From assembly GCA_040954595.2 (NCBI GenBank), contig CM082583.2, positions 12,438,987 to 12,502,986 on the forward strand: 64,000 bases of DNA. The letters run 5' to 3'. This document shows, one piece after another, positions 47,750-61,800 of the stretch. Each line of letters begins with the position of its first letter. Position 1 is the stretch's first letter. Under the pieces are notes generated by a model. That model made no database searches. It was not told where the DNA came from and was given only the letters and a program-made list of their open reading frames with translations. The stretch comes from Balanoglossus misakiensis (lineage: Eukaryota > Animalia > Hemichordata). A program made the translations under genes and the position numbers.

Positions 47750-49404
47750 TCAACTTTGACCTTTAGATTTAATGAGTTGTAGAAGGTCTTCTTTAACTTT
47801 GGCAAAATTTTCATCTGGATTGCTTGTTCCATCCAGGTAAACTGGTAGAGAAATATAGAAAATAATATGTTTCAAATGAATCAATCTCAGTAAACATACA
47901 GCAATTTCTTCCATTGTTATGTAATAAAAACACCCCAACCCTGGCAAAGCCGGCAAGAGATTACTGGCCCCTGAGCTCACTGTTCCATTTTTGGCTGTAA
48001 TATACACCGATGTAAAGCTATGAGCAATTTCTCTCCTCTTAAAGGGTCTGCTGCAATCTATTCATTTTCTTCTGGAAATATAAATATAAAATCATACCCA
48101 CCCATGTCTACTTTCATTTCCTCTTCAAGCTCTTGTTTGTTTTCCAAGTATTTCCTCCACACATACGCTTCAAACATGCCTGCTGGGTCAGGTGGGATAT
48201 AAACCCTCTGTCTGGAATGTTTAGAGAGTAATAACATTCACTTTACAAGACATCCATAAAACAAAATCAAGAAGGATACTGATACACTATTATGGACCTG
48301 GCTAAGTCAAAGCCTCAGCAATTTTAAAGTAATGAAGATGAATACTCACTCTCGCCTCCTCTTGGCTTCTTCAAATGGTAAAGTTAGAAAGTACTTCAAA
48401 TCAAACAAAGGCAGCAGTTCCCTGTGAAAGGGGAGAGATATACTTTAATACTTTGTTATATTCAATATGTGGAAGTATTGAAGGAAGAAATATTTCTGTC
48501 CAAGAAATAAGAACTTCTAGTTCAGGCAGAAGACAACGGTTATGAAATTCTTTACTCAATCAGCTATTGGTTTTAACAGCATGATGCTTACCTATAGTTA
48601 AATATCAGTATACCTTCAATAATCAGGATATAAACTGGTGGTGTTGTTTGGTCAGTTTCTGTGTTGTTGCAGAATTTTTGTGGGTTTGCTATCCAATCAT
48701 TGACACTCTTCATCATGTCGTCCATCTTGAGAGCGCTCAGATCTGGTATGTTGACAGACAAAACAGATGTTCAATATTTGTTTACATTTGTTTGTACCAA
48801 TTAATTATTTCATTCACTTGTAAGAATTTCATAACTTACCATCCCATCTCTGATATCCCGTTTCTTCATCTATCAATATATCTTCCTCCTCCTGTAATGA
48901 AGAAGGGATTCACTGTTATTTCAAACCAGCAATTACCATGGCATGTCCAGGGTGCCATATTAAAGCTAAACTTGTCCCAGTGTGTGTGTGTGTGAGGAAA
49001 TGATGATACATACCACAAAGAAGTCATCTTGGTTAATTTCGTAACAATGTGGCATTTCTGTTACCAGCTGACTTGTTAGTGTAGTTTTACCACCATTGGT
49101 AATACTGAAATAAAACAGACAGATATAGCTTGAAGTGTTGTCATTTTGGTGTTCAACCTTCAACACCAAGCAAAACATCAAGTTGGGCAGCTGTCATGTT
49201 CTATTTAATGAGTCTGTATACAGTAACTTGTAAGGTCAAGAGTGGTCAACTGTCACAGGTCTTATGGCAACCGTGACCGCAGATAACCTCTCAATGGCCT
49301 TATAGGTGCTCACACCTCCGAGCTGCGTTTACACACGGTCGCCAACAATCAAGCACTAATACGTACCCACTTATTCCTACAATAACTGTACACCTTGAAT
49401 CCAT
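47750..49404 (-). CDS. NMRK1: Nicotinamide riboside kinase
   Basis: VIVGISGITNGGKTTL (P-loop), INQDDFF, WDDLSALKMDDM, ILIIEGILIFNY, YFLTLPFEEAKRRR, YIPPDPAGMFEAYVW, YLDGT. Seven coding exons. Confidence 0.93.
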
Positions 49405-49806
49405 TTATGTTTACGCCTAGCACATCCCTGCGCACTCACATTTCACAGAAGTCTCGTGCAAAAACCCAGAACTTGAGAACAACTTTGGCTAATCCTAGGT
49501 GTGACCTTCGACCTTTCACCTGGACGGTTTGGGCGCCCTCATCCGACTGGATCAGAAAAAGTAAGTGTACGTTTATACGGGTTCCAATCAACGGGCAAAC
49601 TCACTTTATTCTCAATCATCTGTTGATTGCATTGGATTATCTGTTTGTCACTTTCACCATAGCAGTATGATTAAGCAAACATGGAACGAACACAAATATT
49701 AATTTCACAAGACAACCAAGGTATTGATTCAGTTCCCACGTGGTGTATTTAATCGGGACAAAATCTGAAAATTACAAGACAAGCTCTGAATCCCATCCGA
49801 TCTGGT

Positions 49807-51460
49807 TTATTCCTTGCCCATCATCTTTTGTCTGGCCAGTTTCTTCTTTGAAACCTTTTTCTTCTGTTTTTCCTCCTCTTCAGGCTTTGGTACATACTGT
49901 TCCCTTTCGGAGAGTATCACTTCAATGTGACATGGTGAACTCATGTATGCTGTAGGTGGGATGAAACGGGGAACATATTTGCCATCAGTTCAAACATTTA
50001 CATAGAAATGTGTATTTTTGCACATGTTTACATGCATTTGTCAGTAGCAATTGTTATTTCAGTGTATCATAGTTCACAACACTTCAGTGATGTTCATTGT
50101 TGGGTACTAAGGCCAATTAGTTGGGAATACTTACGATTGATACGACCGTGAGCTCTGTATGTTCTACGTCTCATTTTGGCGGCACGGTTCACTTGAATGT
50201 GATCGATGACCAGGGCATCAGCATCAAGACCCTGCATGGTACAAAGACGTATACATTTATTGGTGGAAATAAAGTACAGTGATAGTGGTTAATAACACAA
50301 AACTTTCAATTTATTTAGGGGAATTGCTGGGAATGTTATATAGGCATTCTTAAAGAAAATGTATTGTACAATAGAACACTATAGGTACCACAGTAGAGTA
50401 TATTCCTTTTTCGAGTGTAGCACAACACACCAGTCAAGGCAGGTGTTCCCTTTACCTTAAATTCAGCGTTACTTTCCGCATTTTTCAAAAGCTGCAAGAG
50501 GAACTCTGCACTCTTCTTTGGCCATCTACCTTGTGTCCAATTCCATGCCTTCACCTGATAACGAAAAAGTCAAAATTGTCAAATCAATCAAGTATAATAA
50601 GTCTTTGAACTACCAGTGTTAGATAAATGTATTTTGAAAATTGCTGGATACTTTACCTGAGCTTTGCGTCCCACACCTCCGTTGTATCTTCTGAATGGTA
50701 CAATTTGTTTTTTAGCGATGACATCTTTGAGATATCTGGTAGCTTTTCTCAAATGCATCTTTTTAACAGCCTGAGCGGTTTCTCTTGTGTTCTACAAAAG
50801 AGAGAGAGAAAAAGAAAACTTTCTGAAACACTACAACCTCATATCTTCCACATGCAGTTTCTGGGTAGGGTTCATAAAATTCCAAGGTTATCAGGGTTTC
50901 GTATTAAACCTGTATTTTGCTTGCTGGACTTATTTTTAGCAGAACCTCTTCAGCAAGTGAAGGGGTTGCCAAAGTAACACTGGAACCCAAACTCACCTTG
51001 AAATGGACACGAAGATTCGAACCCCTGGCTTTGCATGCTGTAAACAAATAGAAACCAACATATTATAAACCAACACAGGAATCCACTTCAAAAGTGTGTC
51101 TTCAGATCTGCAGGTATTGTGGTTTTGTTTGTATAGGAGTAAGAAGGGTTTTATCACTGCATCATAAGCATGCAGTCCAGTGCAAGTTCTGCAGATGCCA
51201 GGTCCTGAAAGTTACTCTCTCAAAGTACATGTAGCTGCAATGGTTTGTAGCGGGTGCTACTAGGTTGACTGGTGTCACTGTGTTCACAGGTAGGGCTGCG
51301 AACACACCTGGCAGTACCTGCTACAATCATTGCAGCTACCTCTCGAAGGAGACTATTCCATTGTATCCCCCTACCCCTTCTAAGCTGGTGGTATGAGATA
51401 GCAAGTGATGATGAACTTACACTTTGTGGGGTTATCGGGTTCTTGTGAATATCGCGTCAT
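49807..51460 (-). CDS. RPL17: 60S ribosomal protein L17 (uL22)
   Basis: [90 protein letters not shown]. Confidence 0.98.
51231..51339. repeat. Long imperfect inverted repeat (hairpin) in RPL17 intron 2
   Basis: GTAGCTGCAATGGTTTGTAGCGGGTGCTACTAGGT pairs with ACCTGGCAGTACCTGCTACAATCATTGCAGCTAC, and there is an inner TGTGTTC/GAACACA stem. Confidence 0.85.
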
Positions 51461-51932
51461 TTTGACTGATGTCACCCTAAAAGAAAATATGAAATATACA
51501 AGTTGTGATTTCCAATTTTGCACACCATTGATTACAGTGTTTCAAGTGATGGAGCGAGTGATGTACTCGCTCGTTCGGATGGGATTTTAATGTAATGTCA
51601 CCGGATCCTAGTTCATGCAGAATGTATTATGGGAATTGGGAAGACACGCTTCGAAACAGTTCAATGGCACTACCGTCTTTATTATCACCAATAGACCTAG
51701 TGTGCGTACACAAACATCGGGAAACATGGCCGCCAACAGTTAAGTCATGAGTCAACGTCGATTACAAACTCTTCTTGAAGCTTCAAAATCATCTTTATTT
51801 GCACCAAATCGTGGTATAACGATAGAGTAATATACCACACAACAGTTTATTTCGAAATATATGACATTTAATCTCATCTGGCGTTAAGATGCCTTCGATT
51901 TTGAACCAACACTTCGGTATTCCCGATCTTAC

Positions 51933-51954
51933 CTAAATCCCACAGTGAAAGAGG
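51933..51954 (-). promoter_or_regulatory. RPL17 non-coding exon 1 with 5'TOP / TCT initiator
   Basis: Minus strand reads CCTCTTTCACTGTGGGATTTAG|GTAAG. A pyrimidine-tract start followed by a strong donor is typical of ribosomal protein genes. Confidence 0.8.
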
Positions 51955-54900
51955 ACACTGATAGCGAGGCTTGCAGACTCCCTAACTATGGATTAATAAC
52001 AATACACATCACTTGGCTCGTCATCACTTCGTGTGTACACTGTCGGTATAGATTTGAAGTCAAATGAACCGAGCGGAGTTTGTTTGTGTCGTTTGTGCAG
52101 CAGGTAAGCCAGGTAGGAACGTGTGAATGTTATATGGGCTACACCTCCCTCCTTTGAAAAAGCAATACGGATAACCGTATCAATCGATACACCCAAAAGA
52201 CCTGTTGACATTATCAGGGCTCATCCCACTGGTAGTTTTCATTTTGGATCACTCACCCACAGACGTTCGTTTCACAGCTGTTCGTCAGCGGAGTGTGTAC
52301 GGTACCGCTGGCACTACGTGTGAAGCGTATCGGTTACTTTGAGATCGGAGTACGTATAGGTACACACGATCGATGTAAGGTGAGAATGTCGCCTCGTTTA
52401 CAAGTATGTGTGAGATAGCACGGACCACTTGCCTGTTTCGCGTTGTGAAAAGCTAAAATGCTATCATTCTAGTTGTGTGTTACAACTGCTGGCAAGATCG
52501 CGTTGTTGTTTGGGTGTGGACACTGACAGAGAGATCAGTTTAATGATAGCAGCGTGTGTCGTAAACATAAACTATCAACACCTTTGTAGGAAGTTAGATG
52601 TGCGCTCATCCAAAACCATATCCGATGTTTCTTGTTGGTATACTGTTGGTCATCTGTAAACTTAAAGTTTAACCACTGAAAGTTATGTTCATTTCATGTG
52701 AATGGGCAAAGCCAGCATCACACCATCTGTAAATCTTCACATGAACTACACACTCAAGCAATGTCAAGAAATATTGACATTGACAGTCTAACTATAAAAA
52801 AAGCATAATAGGTCATCATGCAGGTCTAATTGAATCTCTGTGATACCCAGTGGTGGTCAGAATTCAAATGTCGACAGTTTTGTAAGGCCATCTTGGCCTT
52901 AAATAGGAGAGAGCAAGCATTGTATGGTAGAGTACATATTCTTGTAGTACCGTAATTAGTGTGTGCATGCGGTGGGGGTAATCAATCTCTTCTGTTGTGA
53001 CTAGCCGAAAATATTGATTCCCTCTGTCGCTCCACACAATTACTGTGTAATCAGACACCAGGAATCTGTGTCAAGTAATCTTGCATTATCCAACATACGA
53101 GACCAGCTCTGTTTTTAAATTGTAAAAAGACAAGCCATTCTAGTCTGCATAAATTGTTTGGAAAAGTTGTGGACTAGTATCCTCTGTGTTGCAATGTTTT
53201 CCCTAGCTGGGAACGGCTAAACCTGTTAATACGTCACGTTTTACCCCAGAAAGGAAATACATGTGTTGGCCAGGAAATTGAGATCAATTTGGGTGAATGA
53301 ATAAAGGAGTATCAGGTAGTGTCAATAGCGTGACTTGAGTTTTGAGTTATGTAATTGATGCTAGAACAGTTATTTGTAAATCAGTAAATCATTCAAAAAA
53401 ATATGAATCACTACTATTTATCAAAGGAAATTGCATAGTGACTTTTAACCAGTCGGGGATTGTAATTTATGCGGTTTAACCTCATTCATGTCATTTGGGA
53501 GGGGGCAGTCTCATGTGCAGCAAGATGGGGTTAAATGGCTTAGATGTGATTAAGACCCATCATGATGCAGAATGTTTGTGGTTGTATTGGAACACGTATG
53601 GAGGGAAAAGCGTATCAAACTGCACCAACACAAAAACGAAAAGACAAGCCAAGATAAAATGGCTGATTCGACTATCAGAGATCAGTTTGAAGGTCAAGTG
53701 AAATGTACATAATGATAATGGTTCCTTCCCCCAAAACTCGGACCCAAACGACTTCCGGTTATATGTGCTGACTAATTAGCACTTCATACATTGTTTTGTC
53801 TTAGTTTGAATGAGAATCAAAATTCACAATACGTGGCCCAGTTTTAATTGTGTGAGCGATTGAAGTAATTTAAGTTTCTTGTTCATTTTGAATAAAGCAG
53901 AAGTAAATCCGAAGATAATAAGATAATAGCCGCACAGAGTTGTCCTAAAGCCCTTTGTGAAAAGAACCGTACATTGAGTTTGATAGATAGATAGCTTATA
54001 GCTACCAGGTATGAACCCATGCAAGGTGTGTTCAGGAAGTACTTCTGTAGCAGGGTGTGTTACATTCTAAGGATGTTTGACTGTTCATATGAAAATGATA
54101 AGAACTAACTCGGGTAAAGTTGCCATTGGGTTTCAAACTTGAGTTTGATGAGTTTTGTCTCATATGCGAGGAGTCATAATCGTTTTCAAACACTCAAAAA
54201 GAGTTCACCGGTTTACATTTTTTCGATGTATTGAAAAGTTCCAATCAATTGTTCCTGAAGTGGTTTGTTACAACAAAAAGGACTATTGTTGCTGCTCTGA
54301 GGCCTTGTAGTAGAAATGACACAAGATGTATTGACTTTTGATATTACATTGCTGTGCAGTTTTGTGTCAAGTAGGTGGCAGGGCAAACATTACCCACTGC
54401 TGGATTTGGAATACCTTGGCATCTACTAGCTTTTTTGTGGGCCATTGCTTGACAGTTTTTACGTTGTGAAACGCACACTTTTCTTGTGATATCTCAGTCC
54501 CCAAGGCTAATTATGACAACCTACATCTGATAATGATATCATAAAACTATATCTTGCCCAGGTTCACAGAGGTCGAATTGGAGTAGACTGTTACACAAGC
54601 GGCATTACTTAGTCATTGATAAAAAACACAATGCCCACAAAGATAAAACAACACAGTATGTTCTCTGTGATATATAAGTGGGCACGCGGGGTCCGTAGTT
54701 GAGTAGAGGGCAACAGGTGACCCGCTAAAACTTATGATTTCTAGGTCAGCGGGGTCAGCGTAGCATTTGCCGAGCCATTATGTTGAAATGGTGTCACTGA
54801 TAAAAAGTTTTTGAGTTGGTAAGGGCAATTGTGTGAATGTTCGTATCATGACCAAGTCGCATGATTGGTTTTGAGCTCTGTGACGTTTGTTATATAACGT

Positions 54901-55805
54901 GTAATGACGGTAAGGGCTTGTTATGTCGCAATATGGTTTACCGCTGAGAAAATTTCCCATTTGATGATAAAAACACACAGTACACGGTTGACTGCATTGC
55001 AGGTAGTGTTAGACTATGTTTTTAGCCACACTTGGCTACACAAACTATGTTAGGATACTGGTAGAAACTCACGTACAGTAACTGAAGTAAAACAAAAAAA
55101 TAGCGTACTGCTACCTTACCCCAGGGTACTTCTGTAATCAACCAAGAAAGAACTGAGGTTGACTGCGTGGACCAAGAAAATTCATCTTCCTGAAGCAACT
55201 TATATTTTTTTTTCACACTGTTAGTGTTTTATAGCAATGGGACTCTATATATTGACTTTGTGTATTGTTCATTTCTTTATTGTACTGAAGACTGTGTATT
55301 AATACCGTGGCAAGACAACCTGCCACCTAAACAATGTCTTGATATATACAAATTAATGTTCATTTTTGAAGGTCGCTGATTTCTGTGGTGTACCTTTTGG
55401 CACTTCTTGACAGCCGTGAACTGAAAACTCTCAAGTCGTGCCCAGAAACAAGCAAACACAAAAAGTACACTTGTAACCCCCTGTCCATATTTGGACTTCA
55501 AATAGAAAAAACGGCCATTAATATTGGCAGGTATTATCTCAAAGAGGCCCATTTCTGACTAGTTGATCAAACAGAGAACGGATTGTTTCAATTTGATAAG
55601 AGACCCAAGTCAATGTAAATAAAGTGGGACAGGTGTGTCAAATAGTTATAAAAAGCATTTCAGGAAATTTCTGTCAACTCGATACGGCATATTGAATTTT
55701 CTGTGTTGTATTCACACAGGGTTGTCGTAGATATGTCGTGATAAACTGGGAGCCATGACCTAGTGCACTGTGAAGTGGGTTGCAAGCGATAAACATTAAG
55801 TCAAT

Positions 55806-58800
55806 ATGTTTAAGAAGAAGAAAACACACAAAAAGCACAAAGAGGTAAGTTTGCTCTCAGAATAATGACTTGCAAGACGGGATAAGACCTCTTCTGCTAT
55901 TTGTGTCCAGTACTAGAACTAGGAAAAGAAATATTTTCTGTCCATATCGCAGTAGGAACTATTTGATAATTAGATAAATAAAATTCTGATGTCTCCTTGT
56001 GTAGGCCTATGACTGGAACAAGCATGACGATAAACTACTCCATGCAGTGGAAGCTGGTGATGTGAATAAACTACAAGCTATACTTGGAAAGAAAGGTACA
56101 TCACCATCTAAACTTGACCCTGAAGGAAAATCTCCGTAAGTATATGTTGGGTATTTATTTCTTCTGCATGTGGATCACTGTGTGAAATGCTGTCAGTATA
56201 GTAATTTTTTTTTATTCTGAAAGTAAATTACAGTCCCTTTTATGCTTGCATGTAACTGTTACATGAAATGAAAAGGTATTCTTTACAAGTGCTGCTGATG
56301 ACATCACAGTGTTTTACTGCGTAATCGAATTAAAGAGAAAACCTTTCAACATGTTCATCTATCACACAAAAGCACAAAAAGAGTGGAATTTTTTGATGCG
56401 TAGTTTCAGATTGATTGGAATGCCAGCTATTTGATTAATTCACAGGTTACATGTGGCAGCCAAGCTGGGACGCCTGGACTGTTTGGAGTACATGCTGCAA
56501 CATGGCACTGATCTGACTGTCATTGATAACCAAGGTAGGCCATTGACCCTCCCTACAGCCGTGTACTTTGGTACAGCCCTGATCGTTTCAAGTTGTGTGG
56601 GTGGACCGATTTAACAGGAAATAGGGGTGGAAAGGTTAACACACCTTTCTGTCTATCAATTAAGACTGAAAGATTAATATCAAACTATGAAGAAGATTTG
56701 TTTGTGAAAACTGCCAGGATTAAAGTTGGATCAACTGCATGTCACATTTATATAATGTTCCCATAGATTTCTCCAGACGTATTTTAACCACACCATCTGT
56801 TGTAAATCCGTGGTAGGCCTTCTAAACTTTCACTGTTAATTTGCTCAGGTCGTACGGCGCTACACTGTGCATCAAGGGGCGGCCATGCAGACTGTGTAGA
56901 GAAATTGTTGCAGTATGAAGCGGCTGTGTTCCCCGGCGACTACCAGATGCTGACTCCATTACATCATGCAGGTTCGTTTGTGATTTGGTGGAATATATTG
57001 CTGTAATTTTATGCAGATTGATGAATCGATATGTAATTTATATGTAGTCAGAGTGATTGACATGTTCAGTCATGCACTTACATCCACGTACAAGTTGTGT
57101 ATAAACTCTATAAGCATACCACATTTGATATTTTCATTATTTCATATATGAACCAAAATATAACATCCTGTTTTAGAATCCAACTATCCCAACAGGCCGT
57201 TTTTCTTTCACACTCTTGCGTCAGTACGTGCCACAAGTCTGTTATCTTTCAACAACATCAAATTCTGGAATTTCTAAAGCAGCCATAATATTTAGACTCA
57301 CTGAACCGTAGTGGACACGTTCGACAATTTATTTTCAGCTTTCTGGCATGCAGTGGTCCTACTGTGCATTTTTCACCGGATGACCCTTGACCCTATCATC
57401 ACAGCTGATCCAATTTTAGAAAAACCCAGCTGTGAGATCCTTATTAACTCTGTGTATGTTTGGCAAATTGGCATAGTTTTGAAGCGTGCCAATTAGATTT
57501 CCTGACTTCACAATTAGCGGTCACCCAGGTAGCCCCATCTTGAGATCTCCATGGGGGTGTGCAACCACAGCATGCTAGTACTGAACTGGTGATAATTGGA
57601 ATGTGCAAATCCTGTCTGAAGATTGTCAAAATAAAATAAAGCGAACAATCTCTCACAGCATTTAAGGTTTATCTAAACCAGATGGAATTTTGACATTTAG
57701 GCACTCATCATTGCTGACATCTTTTCTTCTTCTTCACAGCTCTAGGTGGTCACTTTCACTGTGTGTTGATATTGGTTGATTACCGTTCTCCTATAGATCC
57801 CACCGAATTGGTAAGATCCCGATTGTTAGTTCTTTTCAAATATAAAAAAAATTATGAATGTATTTATGAAAATCATGTTATAAACTATTTGAATAGTCAA
57901 CTGAATAACACTAGAAAACACTAAGCTTTGGTTTCTGGTTCATACACACAGATCTTTAGGCTAATTTTGTCATGTTTTTTCCCCCCAGAATGGCAAAACA
58001 CCATTGTGTCTGGCAGCTCAGATGGGACACGGCCATATCTGTAAAGAGCTTCTAGAGAAAGGAGCCAACATCAATGCCATTGATGATGATCACAAGTAAG
58101 TTTCTGGATTTCTGGGTGCAGCAACAGTGTTTGGAGGGTTTTATGATTTGGAAGTTTATATGAATGTAAAAACAAACTAACATTTAAAGACTGTTGACAT
58201 CTGATCTTCCCATTGACTGCCTTTCAGAACTCCCCTGATGTATGCCTGTGAACATGGCAATAAAGAGGTTGTGGAAGTGCTAGTCAAGAAACGTGCCAAA
58301 GTCAACATGAAAGACAAACTTGGCTTTGACGCCTCCTACTATGGCGAACACTCCGGTCACCCTGACATTGTGAACTTATTAGAGAGAGCGCCCTCGGTGG
58401 CTACCTGGGATGTGGGTAAGTCGCCAGTCGAAGTTCACTCTGATATGATTAGGCTGCATTCACAAACACCTCTGGAGGGGGGGGCGGGAGAATTCAATTT
58501 TTTTTACCACTAATTTTCACATGCCCCCCTTCCGAACTGCCAATATTTTCAAATCCCCCCCTTCCGAACTGCCAAAATTTTGAAATCCCCCCCCCCCCAT
58601 TCTCTTTCACAGAGCAAAACACATCACCTATCTATCTTGTAAAAAGAAAAACAGCGCTCCCATGAAAAGAATTTGAAACTGATGTTTCCCCTCATCAGTG
58701 GGTATTAAAACTGAACATTGTTTTTATTTTTTAAGTACATATATTTGTATTCTGTGTTGGGATACATTGTAAACCGAGAATTGAAGGGGGTGGGTTTGGG

Positions 58801-61800
58801 AGGGGGTGTCCCCCTCCCACGTAAGAAAATTTTCTAAAATACAGAGCTCAAAGCTGCATTTTAATGAACCCGGCAAAAGCAAATTAACTCAACTACCGGT
58901 ATGTTGGGGAGGACAAATTTAACCGTCGCCGCTCAAAGTTATCATGGGGTGGGGCAAGTCCCCTGACCTGGGACACTAGATAAACCAGTCAATGATTGAA
59001 AGGTGTTGATGAATTGAGGGGGTGGGTGTGGGAGGGGGTGTCCCCCTCCCACATTAGAAAATTTTGTAAAATAAAGGGCGCGAAACTGCATTTTTGTGGA
59101 CTCAAAATAAATATTTAGTCGTTAAAGTTTTCAAGTCCCCCCCTTTCAGTCCCTAAATTATTTCAAATCCCCCCCCTTACATACCCTCAATTTTTTCAAA
59201 TCCCCCCCCTCAATTCTCCTGCCCCCCCCTCCAGAGGTGTTTGTGAATGCAGCCTTATCACATCAGCATTTCTTGCAGTGAGGCTCAAGGCCACTGGGAA
59301 CTCTCCAGAAGCTCACATGAACTCATGTCTTCAAAATTAATATTTAACTTTGAAGAACTCAAGTAAATACACCTGTAATTACCGTTTTAAATCATTGTAG
59401 TCATATTTATAGTATTGGTAACAAACATGACCTACTAGTAAAGCAATATTTGGTTTCGGTTGTACACACAAAATTGACAATGTTTGGGATTCCTTTGTTT
59501 TTTCATCAACCAGCGCTGACAAAAGGGATTCATAAGATATTGGATAAGTATAAGCAAGGGGCACTGAAACCTACGTTTGTCCCAACTGAACCTAGTGAGT
59601 TGCAGAGAGACCCACCAAGTCTCTATGTTATCAATATCATCTGTGCCATTCAATGCATATAGGTCTATCCTGCCAGTATATATTGATGTACCAGCTACTT
59701 GGTACACTAGGCAAATATTTTTAGTATACAGCCCATCTTCAAATTTATCTCGATTGCAAATGATAACATACAGCTTGGAAAATCTATATACAGGGGATGG
59801 TGCTGCAGGGTAATTGATCAGGGCGTGTATTATTTTATGGCCTTATATGGACTTCGTAATTTGCATGTCAGTAAAGGTGGAGGGTCAACTGCCAGTGTTA
59901 GAATGTTTATGGTTATGATTCTTCTACTATTGGATATTAAAGGCTGATATTTTGGGGGATAGACTTGCAGTCCCTGGTGTTTTCCATGGTTTGGTTTAGC
60001 AGCCATTTTGAATGTCAAATGTATGGGTACATTAGAGCTAATGCATAAACTTGCATGGTTCTGTTCTTCAGCATGGCAATGCCAACGTTACCATGTTTGA
60101 ATGATAAGGCTAACTCTGTCCTGTGTTTTTGTAGTTGGATCTGCTGAGGAGCATTCCCCCGGGCCAATCGTCAATAGCAACGATGTAGACTTTGTGGGCA
60201 CATTCAATGGACCAGATGAAGAAGATGATGATGATGATGATAACGTTGATGTTGATGCGGCAGGTGAATACGCCATGCTGAAACAACCAAATGATATGGC
60301 AGTGAAAGAGGTACTTAGTGACAAATGTGACTTTCTAATTTTCCACCCTAGACAAACATAAGTTGATGAGTTATTGGGGGAGGGGCAGCAGATGTTAAGC
60401 TCAGACCAGTTAGTCTATGATTGTGTTTTCAGGAATCGGTAGATATCTTCTATGAAAACAGAAACAATCCAGAAAACACCAAGTCACAAGTGATGAACAA
60501 GGCAGCCAATATACAAGCAGCTCTTGCAGCTCATAATTTGAGAGAAATCGAGGTAAGACTGTCTGTTCTTTGAGTCTTGCCATTGGAGTACATTTTCCCA
60601 ATGCATTGTGTGTGTCCTGTGACGAATTGTGAGGACAAGGCTATACTTGATTTCATAGGGTTCACAATAAAGAAAACATATGAAATGATATTGCAGTCTG
60701 ATCGATTTTTTTCACCCCTTCTAATTTTTCTTTCCAGGAACTTGAAGAAGAGAATGAACAGCTAAATGAAGACCTGACACGCGTAAGCATTGAACACAAA
60801 CAAGCTCTGCAAAAAATTGAAGAATATGAGAAAAGGCTAGCCCAACAGAACAGCACAGGCATTGATCAGGTAAGTGTCATAGTCCAGTGTGACAACATGC
60901 AGCAAATGTTAATGATGAAATGGTATGTGTCATCAGTTAAAGTGGTCTTTAATGTAGTTGATTTGAATTTTTGTCTTGTTTTCATTTCAGTACACAGTGT
61001 GGGATGAATCGAGGATTGAGGAATTAGAAAATGAGGTAGGATTCAGGAGGAAAATGATATTTTGAAATGACTGTCAAGTGACACCGGTATATGTAAAACT
61101 GTGTTCTTGTACTGGTTGTCTATCCCATGCCTTCATTACCCCATTCATTCACTCACTCCTCATCGCTTCTCTCAGGTCCAAGAATTGCAGCAGAAACTCG
61201 AGAAAGAGAAAACTCAGAAGAAGAAAGCCTACAAGGAGACTGAAGAGCTGCGACTCAAAATGATGGTTTATGAACCAGTGGATCAGACCGTAAATGAAAA
61301 TAATGATGACCTTGACAGCTGGGGTGACAGTGAAGATGATTTATTTGGTTCACCAGGTAACCATAGCAACTTGTTGCTCATTTCTATGTAATTTGACTAC
61401 CGGTAGTTTGCATGAGATTCATCAATTGGAATGAAACTACTGGTGGTTTGTATGTCAGTGTGTACTCTTGTGTGGAATTGTCGTTCCATTGTTATTTAAA
61501 CAAATACTTTTATTGCCAGACAATGGAAGCGTGAAAAAGGGTGGAAAGAAACAAGCAGGCACAGTTGATGAACATACGGTGGCCATGCTGAAAGGTCAAA
61601 TCGTGGTGTTGCGTTTGGAAAACGATGAATTAAAAGTGAAATTAGAGGTGAGTGGAGCAATGGTGTGAGTGTTCAGGTGTATAGACGGGTTGATAGATGA
61701 TGATGATAGTTTGTGACTTGGTGGTGAGGTCGGCTGATAGGCAGATGAACTGACAGCTGTTGGGTATAATGCAGACAGTCAGAAAAGCAGATAGTGAAGC

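Noticed and set aside
50040-50100. Three CTGA boxes and TGA motifs in the last RPL17 intron
   Set aside because: No canonical RTGATGA C box and no identifiable guide sequence.
51100-51170. Possible C/D snoRNA in RPL17 intron 2 (minus strand ATGATGC...CTGA); vertebrate RPL17 hosts SNORD58
   Set aside because: The C box is imperfect, the terminal stem is weak, and I found no U58-like or other rRNA-complementary guide by eye. An Infernal/snoscan search would settle it.
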